Below, one piece after another: positions 46,302 through 59,743 of a DNA stretch of 64,000 bases; the stretch's first letter is position 1, and the number at the start of each line of letters is the position of its first letter. The translations under genes and the position numbers were made by a program. The notes below the pieces were generated by a model. The model saw nothing but the letters and a program-made list of their open reading frames with translations, did not search any database and was not told where the DNA came from. Source of the stretch: Hydrogenophaga sp. (GTDB lineage Bacteria > Pseudomonadota > Gammaproteobacteria > Burkholderiales > Burkholderiaceae_C); NCBI GenBank assembly GCA_011391595.1, contig JAABQG010000015.1, positions 702 to 64,701 of the forward strand, written 5' to 3'.

Positions 46302-46553
46302 TCAGCGGGCATCAGCGGGAAGGGCCGCCCACTCGGCCGGCGTATAGGTTTTCATCGACAGGGCATGAACCTCGTCTGTCTGCATCCTGGCGCCCAGCGT
46401 GGCATAGACACGCTGGTGACGCGCAATGGCGCGGCGGCCCTCGAAATCGGGTGAAACGATCGTGGCATACCAGTGGCGCCCGTCACCCTCCAGAGTGAGA
46501 TGCTCGCACGGCAGGCCCGCGGCAATGATGGATTTGAGTTCTTCAGCAGTCAT
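46302..46553 (-). CDS. ibaG: BolA family protein (IbaG/YrbA-like)
   Basis: 83 aa BolA fold, sitting between murA and the transporter/mla genes as in other proteobacteria. Confidence 0.8.
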   Translation of the reverse strand: MTAEELKSIIAAGLPCEHLTLEGDGRHWYATIVSPDFEGRRAIARHQRVYATLGARMQTDEVHALSMKTYTPAEWAALPADAR

Positions 46554-46559
46554 CAGGTT

Positions 46560-47315
46560 TCAGCCCCGGATCTTGTAGCCGATGCGCAGCAAGTGCACGG
46601 CAATGGCGCTCACGGCGAGCAGTGTCGTTCCCACAATGCCCAGGCTGAGCCAGGGCGATACATCGCTGACACCGAAAAAGCCAAAGCGGAACCCGTCAAT
46701 CATGTAGAAAAACGGGTTCAGGTGGCTGATTCCTTGCCAGAACGGCGGGAGTGAGTGGATCGAATAGAACACGCCGGAGAGAAAAGTCATCGGCATGATG
46801 ATGAAGTTCTGGAAAGCCGCCATCTGGTCGAACTTGTCCGCCCACAAGCCGGCGATCACGCCCAGAGCGCCGAGCAGGGCCGCGCCCAGCACGGCAAACA
46901 ACAGCGTCCAGACCGGCGCGACAAACGTGGGCAGGCCAAAAAATGACGTCGCGGCGAGCACGCCGAGGCCCACCAGCAGTCCGCGGGCCACCGAAGAGCC
47001 CACGTAGGCGAAGAACCAGCTCCAGTGCGACAGCGGCGTGAGCAGCAGGAATACCAGGCTGCCCATGATCTTGCTCTGGACCAGGCTCGACGAGCTGTTG
47101 GCAAACGCGTTCTGCAGTACGCTCATCATCACAAGGCCTGGCACCAGGAACGCGGTGTAGCTCACCTGCCCGAAGATCTTCACATGGTCTTCCAGAACGT
47201 GGCCGAAGATCAGCATGTACAACACGGCCGTCAAAACCGGCGCGGCCACGGTCTGGAAGCTGACCTTCCAGAAGCGCAGCACCTCCTTGAACAACAAGGT
47301 TTGCCAGCCGCTCAT
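46560..47315 (-). CDS. ABC-2 type transporter permease
   Basis: 251 aa, 6 TM, YadH-like. ATG overlaps the ATPase stop (ATGA). Confidence 0.88.
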   Translation of the reverse strand: MSGWQTLLFKEVLRFWKVSFQTVAAPVLTAVLYMLIFGHVLEDHVKIFGQVSYTAFLVPGLVMMSVLQNAFANSSSSLVQSKIMGSLVFLLLTPLSHWSWFFAYVGSSVARGLLVGLGVLAATSFFGLPTFVAPVWTLLFAVLGAALLGALGVIAGLWADKFDQMAAFQNFIIMPMTFLSGVFYSIHSLPPFWQGISHLNPFFYMIDGFRFGFFGVSDVSPWLSLGIVGTTLLAVSAIAVHLLRIGYKIRG

Positions 47316-48397
47316 GAAATGGCCCCCACGCTCGTCGCTTCGCGTACTGCGCTGCCCCCCGAGGGGGCCTTCGCGTCTAGGGGCGGCCCGTCGCCGCTCA
47401 AGGCCCCCACGCTCGTCGCTTCGCGTACTGCGCTGCCCCCCGAGAGGGCCTTCGCGTCTAGGGGTGGCCCGTCGCCGCTCAAGGCCTTGCCGCCCATCAC
47501 GTCCAGGAACACGTCTTCGAGATCAGCCTTGCGGATCTCGATGTCTTCGGCCTGCAGGCCGGCTTCTCGGATTGCAGCCAGGTACTGTTCCACCTCGCGT
47601 GCATTGTGGGCGGGAAGTTGAACAATCCGGCCTGTAATTCGCGCCTTTCCAGCGAGAAATGGCGGTAGTTCGCTATCAATCTTGAAACGAAGCACATTGC
47701 TCGAAGCGGACTTGAGCAGATCGACCATTCTCGACAACGCCACCACCCGCCCCTGCTTGAGCATGGCGATCCGCCCGCACAGCGCTTCGGCTTCTTCAAG
47801 GTAGTGTGTGGTCAGAAGCACGGTATGGCCCTGCTTGTTGAGCCTGGCAATGAACTGCCACAGGGTCTGGCGCAACTCCACGTCCACGCCCGCCGTCGGC
47901 TCGTCCAGCACGATCACCGGCGGCTTGTGCACCAGCGCCTGGGCCACCAGCACGCGTCGCTTCATGCCGCCCGAAAGCTGGCGCATGTTGGCGTTGGCCT
48001 TGTCGGCCAGTCCCAGGCTGTCGAGCAACTCGTCGATCCAGTCGTCGTTGTGCTTGACGCCGAAATAGCCCGACTGGAAACGAAGCGCCTCGCGCACATT
48101 GAAAAACGGGTCGAACACCAGCTCCTGGGGCACCACGCCAAGCCGGCGCCGCGCCAGGGCGTAATCGACCTGCACGTCATGTCCCTGCACAAGCACCCGA
48201 CCACCGGTCGCACGCGACAGGCCGGCCAGAATACTGATCAGGGTGGTCTTTCCCGCGCCGTTCGGCCCGAGCAAACCGAAGAATTCGCCCTCTTCGATGT
48301 TGAAGCTGACGTCATCGAGCGCTTTGAGGGCTTGCCCCGTCCCGCCACGGGCTGCCGGGAAGGTCTTGGTGACAGACTGAAAAGAGATGGCAGGCAT
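47312..48397 (-). CDS. ABC transporter ATP-binding protein (ABC-2 exporter partner) with repeat-derived 54-aa C-terminal tail
   Basis: ATG 48397 (MPAISFQSVTKTF; track start 48475 is TTG). Walker A GPNGAGKTT; signature LSGGMKRR. The tail LSGDGPPLDAKA(L/P)SGGSAVREATSVGA x2 is encoded by the tandem repeat. Confidence 0.9.
   Translation of the reverse strand: MPAISFQSVTKTFPAARGGTGQALKALDDVSFNIEEGEFFGLLGPNGAGKTTLISILAGLSRATGGRVLVQGHDVQVDYALARRRLGVVPQELVFDPFFNVREALRFQSGYFGVKHNDDWIDELLDSLGLADKANANMRQLSGGMKRRVLVAQALVHKPPVIVLDEPTAGVDVELRQTLWQFIARLNKQGHTVLLTTHYLEEAEALCGRIAMLKQGRVVALSRMVDLLKSASSNVLRFKIDSELPPFLAGKARITGRIVQLPAHNAREVEQYLAAIREAGLQAEDIEIRKADLEDVFLDVMGGKALSGDGPPLDAKALSGGSAVREATSVGALSGDGPPLDAKAPSGGSAVREATSVGAIS
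47321..47485. repeat. 2 x 81-bp direct tandem repeat inside the 3' end of the ABC ATPase gene
   Basis: Units 47324-47404 and 47405-47485 are 79/81 identical. Each carries a GC hairpin (GCCCCCcgaGGGGGC in unit 1) and an internal direct repeat cttcgcgt. Confidence 0.9.
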
Positions 48398-48471
48398 GGA
48401 AGCCCCCGATTTTAAGGGCTGAGGGCGCCGTCGGGCGAAGGTGCCGCGAACCGACCGCCTGGTGGCGCCGC

Positions 48472-48744
48472 TCAAGACGCCGTGACCATCAGGTCCGCAA
48501 CGCCATAAAGTCCCGCCAATTGCAACAGCTTGGCAGAGAGTCCGTGCACCACAAACGACTTTCCGGCAACCAGACTTTCCCTGCGGCAGGCCAGCAAGAC
48601 CGCGATGGCGGACGAATCAAACTGCACCAGCGCGCTGGCATCGACCACCACTTCGGACTGGGTCTGGGCACGCAGACCCTGAAGCAACATCGCGAGGCAG
48701 GCCGTGGCCTGCTGCAGCGTCAATTCAGCGGGAAGGACCAGCAT
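48472..48744 (-). CDS. mlaB: STAS domain protein (MlaB-like)
   Basis: 90 aa STAS fold, located after mlaC at the end of the mla cluster. Confidence 0.7.
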   Translation of the reverse strand: MLVLPAELTLQQATACLAMLLQGLRAQTQSEVVVDASALVQFDSSAIAVLLACRRESLVAGKSFVVHGLSAKLLQLAGLYGVADLMVTAS

Positions 48745-48755
48745 CGGGAGACCCT

Positions 48756-49403
48756 TCAGACCTTCTTCGCGTTGGCCTTGTTCCGCTCAGCCAGCGTCGT
48801 GATCAGCCCGTCCATGCCGCGGGCATTGATTTCCTGGGCGAACTGGCCACGGTAGGTATCGACCAGCCAGACCCCAAGCACGTTCAGGTCGTAGATCTTC
48901 CATCCTGCGCCCTGCGAGGGCGTCTTCACGAGCCGGTAATCCAGCTGGATGGGTTCGCCACGGCCCCTTATTTCAGTACGCACCACCAGCTCCTTGTCTT
49001 CGGGCGACGCCCGCAAGGGCTTCATGGCCACTTCCTGGTCACTGACCTGCGCCAAGGCGCCGGCATAAGTGCGCACCAGCAGGATCTTGAATTCGTCCTG
49101 CAGGCGCTTTTGCTGCTCGGGCGTTGCCTTGCGCCACGCGGGCCCGGCGGCCGACGCAGTCATGCGCTGGAAGTCGACGTTGGGCATGATCTTGCTGTCC
49201 ACCAAAGCGATCACTTGCGGGAGATTGCCCGACTGCAGGGATTTGTCGGCCTTGATGGTGTCGAGGACATCCGTGGACAGACGCTTTATCAAGGCGTCTG
49301 GCGCTTCGTCCGCGGCGAAAGCTGCGGGCGCTGCAAGCAGCACCAATAGCGCCACGAAGGCGCTCAAAAGGCCGGACAAAAATTGGAAATTGCGATGGTT
49401 CAT
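48756..49403 (-). CDS. mlaC: phospholipid-binding periplasmic protein MlaC (Ttg2D)
   Basis: 215 aa; signal peptide; MlaC/Ttg2D family pattern. Confidence 0.88.
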   Translation of the reverse strand: MNHRNFQFLSGLLSAFVALLVLLAAPAAFAADEAPDALIKRLSTDVLDTIKADKSLQSGNLPQVIALVDSKIMPNVDFQRMTASAAGPAWRKATPEQQKRLQDEFKILLVRTYAGALAQVSDQEVAMKPLRASPEDKELVVRTEIRGRGEPIQLDYRLVKTPSQGAGWKIYDLNVLGVWLVDTYRGQFAQEINARGMDGLITTLAERNKANAKKV

Positions 49404-49506
49404 GCTGGGATCTGACTCGCGGACATCGCCGCAGGACTTGAATTATGTCCGGGAGTGCGCACCGGGGCGGTGACTGCCGAAAAAAACCCCCTGCACCATG
49501 TACGTC

Positions 49507-50292
49507 TCAGGGCTTGTCAGCGGGAGCTTCGGGTGCTTGCGGCGTCTCCGTCTCCTCTTCCGGGGGCGGTGATCCATCGAAAATATCGTTGCGCCGCTTT
49601 TGCAGGAAAACGTCGCGGCTGAACACATACTTGTCGAGCGCGGACTCTTCCAGCATTTCGCCCGCCCGCAGGTAGTTTGCGCGCTTGTCAACGGCGTTCA
49701 GTGCAGCCAGGCTGTTGCGCAGGCTGACCGGGTTGACCCAGGTCACCGGGTAACCAAAGCTGTCGGCTGGCGTGGCGATGGCATCGCGCAGGCTTGAAGG
49801 CCCGAAAAACGGCAACACCAGGTATGGTCCGGTCGGAATGCCCCAGAGCCCCAAGGTCTGGCCAAGATCCTCCGTGCGCGGCTCTATGCCAATGTCAGTG
49901 GCGACATCCAGCAAGCCGCCCAGTCCCAGAAACGTATTGACGAGAATCCGGAAGTAGCTTTCAACAGCCCCCCTGGGTTTGGCCTGAAGCACGTTGTTCA
50001 CCAACGACCAGGCGTCCCCCATGTTGTTGAAGAAATTGGTGACTCCGGAACGTACCAGCCGGGGCGTCACGGCCTTGTAGGCAACGGCGACAGGTTTGAA
50101 GGCGACTTCATCGAAGGTTTCGTTGAACTCAAAAATGCCCCGGTTCATGGGCTCCCAGGGATCGCGCGGGTCGGCCCCTGGCCTGGTGGTGGCACAACCC
50201 GCCAGGAACAGCGCGACGGCGCCGGCCACCAACCACATTCCACACCGCTGGAAAAAGGGTCGAAAACCCGCTGCGTTCGAGTCTGTATTCAC
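49507..50292 (-). CDS. mlaA: outer-membrane lipoprotein MlaA/VacJ
   Basis: 261 aa; lipobox LFLAGC. GTG 50292 overlaps the mlaD stop; ATG 50238 is an alternative start. Confidence 0.88.
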   Translation of the reverse strand: MNTDSNAAGFRPFFQRCGMWLVAGAVALFLAGCATTRPGADPRDPWEPMNRGIFEFNETFDEVAFKPVAVAYKAVTPRLVRSGVTNFFNNMGDAWSLVNNVLQAKPRGAVESYFRILVNTFLGLGGLLDVATDIGIEPRTEDLGQTLGLWGIPTGPYLVLPFFGPSSLRDAIATPADSFGYPVTWVNPVSLRNSLAALNAVDKRANYLRAGEMLEESALDKYVFSRDVFLQKRRNDIFDGSPPPEEETETPQAPEAPADKP

Positions 50293-50795
50293 TTCTTCTT
50301 TCCCACTGGGGTCGCGCTGTTGCCGGCCGGCGCGCTGCCACCCTCTGCCGCTTTGTTGAACAGGAACTGGCCGATCAGGTTTTCCAGCACCACGGCCGAC
50401 TGTGTCGAACTCAGACTGTCGCCCGCCGCCAGCATCTTTTCGTCCGCACCCGCCTCGATGCCGACGTACTGTTCACCCAGCAGTCCACTGGTGAGAACCT
50501 TCAGGGAGCTGTCTTTCGGAAAGGCGTAGCGGCTCTCCAGCGCCAGGGTGACTTTCGCCTGGAATGACTTGTCATCAAAGGCAATGGACTCCACGCGGCC
50601 AATCACCACGCCGGCGCTCTTGACCGCCGCCTTGGGCTTCAGGCCGCCGATGTTGTCGAATTTGGCAGTGACACGGTAATCCGACTGAAAGCTCAGGCTC
50701 AGCAGGTTCGCTGACTTGAGGGCCAGAAAAAGGATGGCGACCAGGCCCACCATCACAAACAAACCCACCCACACGTCATTTCTGGAACGCTGCAT
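50289..50795 (-). CDS. mlaD: MCE-domain protein MlaD
   Basis: 168 aa; N-terminal TM plus MCE domain. Confidence 0.9.
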   Translation of the reverse strand: MQRSRNDVWVGLFVMVGLVAILFLALKSANLLSLSFQSDYRVTAKFDNIGGLKPKAAVKSAGVVIGRVESIAFDDKSFQAKVTLALESRYAFPKDSSLKVLTSGLLGEQYVGIEAGADEKMLAAGDSLSSTQSAVVLENLIGQFLFNKAAEGGSAPAGNSATPVGKKK

Positions 50796-50804
50796 GAAGC
50801 TCTC

Positions 50805-51587
50805 CTAAATACTGAACATCATGACGGTCAGGACGAAGTCCAGACCCAGAACCGACAGCGAGGACACCACCACGGTTCGCGTGGTCGCCCTGGACACGCC
50901 TTCCGGCGTCGGCTGTGCCTCATACCCCTGCAACAGTGCGATGAACGTCACCGCAATGCCAAAAACGAAGCTCTTGATGACGCCGTTGCCGACATCGCTC
51001 CACACATCGACGCCGCCCTGCATCTGGCTCCAGAACGCGCCGGAATCGATACCAATCAGCAACACGGCCACCACGTACCCGCCAAGAATACCCACGGCAC
51101 TGAACACGGCAGCCAGCAGGGGCATGGCGATCACTCCCCCCCAGAAACGTGGCGCCAGAATTCGCTGCACCGGGTCAACCGCCATCATTTCCATGGCACT
51201 GAGTTGCTCACCCGCTTTCATCAGTCCGATCTCGGCCGTGAGCGAAGTACCGGCCCGCCCGGCAAACAACAGCGCTGTGATGACCGGGCCCAGTTCGCGA
51301 GCCAGACTCAACGCCACCAGCAGCCCTACAGCCTCGGACGAGCCATAACGCTGCAGGGTGTAGTAACCCTGCAGCCCCAGCACAAAACCGACGAACAGGC
51401 CGGACACCGAGATGATCGCCAGTGAATAGTTGCCGAGGAAGAAAATCTGGTCGCGCACCAGCCCGAATCGCTTGAAGGCGGCGCCAAACAAGCGCACCAG
51501 GCGCAACAACAACCGGGCTCCATGGCCCCAGTCCGCCAACAACTGGCGGGTGGCAAAGCCCACGTCGGCCGGCTTGATCCAGCTCAT
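50805..51587 (-). CDS. mlaE: phospholipid ABC transporter permease MlaE
   Basis: 260 aa; MlaE family. Confidence 0.92.
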   Translation of the reverse strand: MSWIKPADVGFATRQLLADWGHGARLLLRLVRLFGAAFKRFGLVRDQIFFLGNYSLAIISVSGLFVGFVLGLQGYYTLQRYGSSEAVGLLVALSLARELGPVITALLFAGRAGTSLTAEIGLMKAGEQLSAMEMMAVDPVQRILAPRFWGGVIAMPLLAAVFSAVGILGGYVVAVLLIGIDSGAFWSQMQGGVDVWSDVGNGVIKSFVFGIAVTFIALLQGYEAQPTPEGVSRATTRTVVVSSLSVLGLDFVLTVMMFSI

Positions 51588-52420
51588 GGCCTGACTCCGC
51601 AGAAGTCCTGCTCGATCGGCGGTGCAGGATAGTGGAAATGCACCGGTCCGTCGCTCTGGCCACTGACAAACTGGTGCACCAGAGGGTCCGTGCTGTTGCG
51701 CACCTGATCAGGCGTTCCCTGCGCTGCAATCTTGCCGTTGGCCAGCACGATGACCTGATCGGCAATCTGAAAAGTCTCGTCGAGGTCGTGCGACACCACG
51801 ATGCTGGTCAGCCCCATGGCGTCGTTCAGCTGCCGAATCAGGCGCGCCGCGGTGCCCAGCGCAATTGGGTCCAGCCCGGAAAACGGTTCGTCATACATGA
51901 CCAGTTCAGGGTCCAGCGCAATGGCCCTGGCCAGGGCCACGCGCCGCGCCATGCCACCGGACACTTCCGAGGGCATCAGGTCACGCGCCCCCCGCAGGCC
52001 CACGGCATTGAGCTTGAGCAACACCACGTCGCGGATCAGGGCTTCTGACAGGTCCGTGTGTTCACGCAAGGGAAATGCGACGTTTTCGAACACACTGAGA
52101 TCCGTAAACAGGGCGCCGAACTGAAACAGCATGCCCATGCGCCTGCGTGCCAGGAGCAGTTCCTGCCGGTCCATGGCGCCCACGTCCCGCGCCGAATCGT
52201 TCCCGGCCTGACCCTGCAACAGCACCTGCCCCTGCCGGGCCTTCCACTGACCTCCAATGAGTCGCAATAGCGTGGTCTTGCCCCCGCCGGAGGCCCCCAT
52301 CAGCGCGGTCACCTTGCCTCGGGGAATTCGCAGTGATACATCGTCCAGAACGACCCGCTCCCCGTACCCGAAGGTCAGGTTTCGCAGTTCAACGAGGGCG
52401 TCGTTATTGTTGGGGTTCAT
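51584..52420 (-). CDS. mlaF: phospholipid ABC transporter ATP-binding protein MlaF
   Basis: ATG 52420 ([19 protein letters not shown]); the longer track ORF would overlap gltD. Walker [10 protein letters not shown]; signature [13 protein letters not shown]. Confidence 0.92.
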   Translation of the reverse strand: MNPNNNDALVELRNLTFGYGERVVLDDVSLRIPRGKVTALMGASGGGKTTLLRLIGGQWKARQGQVLLQGQAGNDSARDVGAMDRQELLLARRRMGMLFQFGALFTDLSVFENVAFPLREHTDLSEALIRDVVLLKLNAVGLRGARDLMPSEVSGGMARRVALARAIALDPELVMYDEPFSGLDPIALGTAARLIRQLNDAMGLTSIVVSHDLDETFQIADQVIVLANGKIAAQGTPDQVRNSTDPLVHQFVSGQSDGPVHFHYPAPPIEQDFCGVRP

Positions 52421-52451
52421 GAAAACAAAAGCCGGACAGGCCCCGGCTTTT
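52421..52451 (-). terminator. rho-independent terminator after gltD (symmetrical), immediately upstream of mlaF
   Basis: Minus strand aaaaGCCGGggcctgtCCGGCttttgttttc. Confidence 0.7.
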
Positions 52452-52500
52452 TGCATGATACGGGATTCAGGTAAACCCTGAGCCCCCCTGTTTGAATGGG

Positions 52501-53967
52501 TCAACGCGGCAGGTCGCTGATGCCCATCAGGAATTCATCCACCGAGCGGGCGGCCTGGCGCCCCTCCCGGATCGCCCACACCACCAGCGACTGGCCGCGA
52601 CGCATGTCGCCCGCAGCGAATACCTTGGGCACATTCGTGGCGTAGCCGTCCATGAAGTCGGTCGTCGCCTTGGCGTTGCCCCGTGCATCCTTTTCGACCC
52701 CAAAGCCTTCGAGGATGGACGCCACCGGATTCACGAAGCCCATCGCCAGCAGAACGAGGTCGGCCTTGTAGGTCTTCTCGGTGCCGGCAATCTCGACCAT
52801 CTTGCCGTCCTTGAACTCGATATGGACCGTCTTGAGCCCGGTGACCTTGCCCTTCTCGCCGATGAATTCCTTGGTGGAAATGGCGAACTCGCGCTCACAA
52901 CCTTCCTCATGGCTGGAACTGGTGCGCAGCTTGAGCGGCCAGTAGGGCCAGGTCATGGGCCGGTTTTCCTCCACCGGCGGCTGCGGCATCACCTCGAACT
53001 GGGTGACGCTGGCCGCACCATGGCGGTTGCTGGTGCCCACGCAATCGGACCCGGTATCGCCGCCACCGATCACGATGACGTGCTTGCCATCCGCGCGCAG
53101 CTGGCCCTTGAGCTTGTCGCCCGCGTTGACCTTGTTCTGCTGGGGCAAAAACTCCATCGCGAAGTGGATGCCGGCAAGTTCGCGCCCCGGCACGGGCAGA
53201 TCGCGGGACTGCTCGGCGCCGCCGGTCAGCAGCACGGCGTCGAAGTCTTTCTGCAGTTGCTCTGGGCTGATCGTCTCCCTGGCCCAGTTCGTGACCTTGC
53301 TGCCTTCGGGCAGCGCGCCAATCATCACGCCGGTGCGGAATGTGACACCCTCGGCCTGCATCTGCGCAACGCGCCGGTCGATGTGCGACTTTTCCATCTT
53401 GAAGTCGGGAATGCCATAACGCAGCAGGCCGCCGACGCGGTCGTTCTTTTCGAACAGCGTCACGTCATGACCGACGCGGGCCAGTTGCTGCGCCGCCGCC
53501 ATGCCGGCCGGGCCGGACCCCACGACGGCGATCTTCTTGCCGGTCTTGTGTTTCGCCGGACGCGGCGCCACCCAGCCCTCGGCCCAGGCGCGGTCGATGA
53601 TGGCGTGTTCGATCGACTTGATGCCCACCGCGTCGTCGTTCACGTTCAGCGTGCAGGCGGCCTCGCAGGGGGCGGGGCAGATGCGGCCGGTGAACTCGGG
53701 GAAGTTGTTGGTGCTGTGCAGCACCTCGATCGCGTTTTTCCAGTCGCCGCGGTACACCAGGTCGTTGAAGTCCGGAATGATGTTGTTGACCGGGCAGCCG
53801 CTGTTGCAGAACGGCGTGCCGCAGTCCATGCAGCGCGCCGCCTGCACCTTCGCCTTGCCATCATCGAGGCCAACGACGAATTCCGCGTAGTTCTTCAGGC
53901 GCTCTGCAACGGGCTTGTAGCCCTCCTCGATGCGCCCGTATTCCATGAAGCCCGTGACTTTTCCCAT
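52501..53967 (-). CDS. gltD: glutamate synthase small subunit
   Basis: 488 aa; Cys clusters CMDCGTPFC; dinucleotide fold [14 protein letters not shown]. Confidence 0.96.
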   Translation of the reverse strand: MGKVTGFMEYGRIEEGYKPVAERLKNYAEFVVGLDDGKAKVQAARCMDCGTPFCNSGCPVNNIIPDFNDLVYRGDWKNAIEVLHSTNNFPEFTGRICPAPCEAACTLNVNDDAVGIKSIEHAIIDRAWAEGWVAPRPAKHKTGKKIAVVGSGPAGMAAAQQLARVGHDVTLFEKNDRVGGLLRYGIPDFKMEKSHIDRRVAQMQAEGVTFRTGVMIGALPEGSKVTNWARETISPEQLQKDFDAVLLTGGAEQSRDLPVPGRELAGIHFAMEFLPQQNKVNAGDKLKGQLRADGKHVIVIGGGDTGSDCVGTSNRHGAASVTQFEVMPQPPVEENRPMTWPYWPLKLRTSSSHEEGCEREFAISTKEFIGEKGKVTGLKTVHIEFKDGKMVEIAGTEKTYKADLVLLAMGFVNPVASILEGFGVEKDARGNAKATTDFMDGYATNVPKVFAAGDMRRGQSLVVWAIREGRQAARSVDEFLMGISDLPR

Positions 53968-53999
53968 GATTCGCTACCTTTGTGCTTCGCTCTGTGTTC

Positions 54000-58733
<4,734 letters not shown>

Positions 58734-58775
58734 GGCGCACTCCTAAAATTCACAGGGATGGGAAGCATACTGCAC

Positions 58776-58791
58776 TGCAACAACGGTGCCA
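58776..58791 (-). promoter_or_regulatory. candidate sigma54 (RpoN) -24/-12 promoter for gltBD
   Basis: Minus strand tTGGCACcgttgTTGCAg matches TGGCAC-N5-TTGCW exactly. It lies 43-58 nt upstream of the gltB ATG, with AGGAG SD in between. Confidence 0.5.
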
Positions 58792-58798
58792 AGCAAAT

Positions 58799-58822
58799 TA
58801 ATTGGGGTCAGATTCCAATTAT
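58799..58822 (+). repeat. left inverted repeat flanking the RAYT gene (self-complementary hairpin)
   Basis: TAATTGGggtcagattCCAATTAt; 21/24 match to the reverse complement of 59655-59678. Confidence 0.7.
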
Positions 58823-58872
58823 TTCTTTACTTCGCGGAATGAATATTATTCGGGGACATATCAAAAACAAGA

Positions 58873-58897
58873 GCTACTAATGACCATTTGACGATGG
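58873..58897 (+). repeat. truncated copy of the dispersed GTAG-repeat family, 18 nt from the RAYT stop codon
   Basis: gctactaatgaccatttgacgatgg. The aatgaccatt.gacg.tgg segment matches the reverse complement of the 3256 copy at 17/19. Confidence 0.45.
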
Positions 58898-58914
58898 AAA
58901 GGTGCCAATTTAAT

Positions 58915-59622
58915 TCATTTATTCGCTGCTGAAGGCGCCACAGACACCGGCCGCCCCGCCTGCGCCCGGCTGACCCGGCGCACCGTGCGCTTTTGCAAAT
59001 CAGCCACAAAATCCGGCTCGCCCAGCGCCCAGCCGCTCAACGCCGAGCGCGTCAGCGCGGTCTGCTGCGCCATCGTGATGCCGGTGTGCACCAATTCGGC
59101 GTACGCCGCCTCCCGGGCAAAAGGCGTGTTGCCCAGTTCCCAGAACAACGGATGCGGCGTGATCAGTTTGTCGGCCCGGCGCCCGATGTAATGCCCGTGG
59201 CTGGACCAGGGGTAGTCCGCGGCCTGCGCCACCAGCCCCGCACGCACCGGGTTGAGGTCGATATAGGCCATGCAGGCCAGCAGGTAGCTCTCGGACTGGA
59301 TCAGCGTGGACCGGTAGCGCCCCTCCCACAGCGTACCCGTGCGGCCCTGGGCGTTGTTGAAAGTGCGCACATAACTACGCCCGACCGCCTGCATCATCAG
59401 CGGCAACCCGTCCGCCGTCTGCGGCGTGGCCAGCAAGTGAAAGTGGTTGCTCATCAACACATAGGCGTGGATCGCGACGCCGAATTTCTGCGCGTTGTCA
59501 CGCAACAGATCGAGAAGGATCTGGTAGTCCGCGGTGGACGCGAAAATCACCTGCCGGTTGTTGCCGCGCTGGATGACGTGGTGCGGGAAACCGGGGAGCG
59601 TGAGACGGGGAAGGCGGGCCAT
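58915..59622 (-). CDS. REP-associated tyrosine transposase (RAYT; IS200/IS605 TnpA-like Y1 HUH enzyme)
   Basis: 235 aa; PHHVIQRGNNRQ; HUH motif in YVLMSNHFHLL; GRSYVRTFNNAQGRTGTLWEGRYRS and YIDLNPVRAGL blocks are typical of RAYT / transposase_17 proteins. Confidence 0.85.
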   Translation of the reverse strand: MARLPRLTLPGFPHHVIQRGNNRQVIFASTADYQILLDLLRDNAQKFGVAIHAYVLMSNHFHLLATPQTADGLPLMMQAVGRSYVRTFNNAQGRTGTLWEGRYRSTLIQSESYLLACMAYIDLNPVRAGLVAQAADYPWSSHGHYIGRRADKLITPHPLFWELGNTPFAREAAYAELVHTGITMAQQTALTRSALSGWALGEPDFVADLQKRTVRRVSRAQAGRPVSVAPSAANK

Positions 59623-59654
59623 GAAGGGGATGCAAGAGATGATCCTGCATCATG

Positions 59655-59678
59655 ATAATGGGAATCTGACCCCGATTA
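59655..59678 (-). repeat. right inverted repeat flanking the RAYT gene
   Basis: ataatgggaatctgaccccgatta, the reverse complement of taatcggggtcagattcccattat. Followed by a tandem ggtaaYcgggg repeat and a 9-bp hairpin (59691-59716). Confidence 0.7.
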
Positions 59679-59743
59679 CCGCCCCGGTTACCGCCGCTGT
59701 TGCCAGCCAGCGGCGGGATTTGCACTCCCAGGGACCGGGGATC

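Larger units (their letters stand above)
58799..59678 (-). mobile_element. RAYT unit: single tyrosine-transposase gene bracketed by 24-nt inverted repeats
   Basis: Inverted repeats lie 93 nt beyond the stop and 33 nt upstream of the start. AT-rich flanks; no second IS gene (no tnpB). Confidence 0.6.

Noticed and set aside
47321-47485. Tandem repeat considered as a possible CRISPR or minisatellite array
   Set aside because: There are only two directly abutting units with no spacers, they lie inside a coding frame, and no cas genes are present. Kept as a tandem repeat finding instead.
58838-58852. Imperfect palindrome gaatgaatattattc upstream of gltB as a regulator or enhancer-binding site
   Set aside because: It is a single AT-rich near-palindrome in an AT-rich repeat-laden region and does not match the NtrC consensus (TGCACC-N5-GGTGCA). 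Mentioned only as context in the sigma54 finding.
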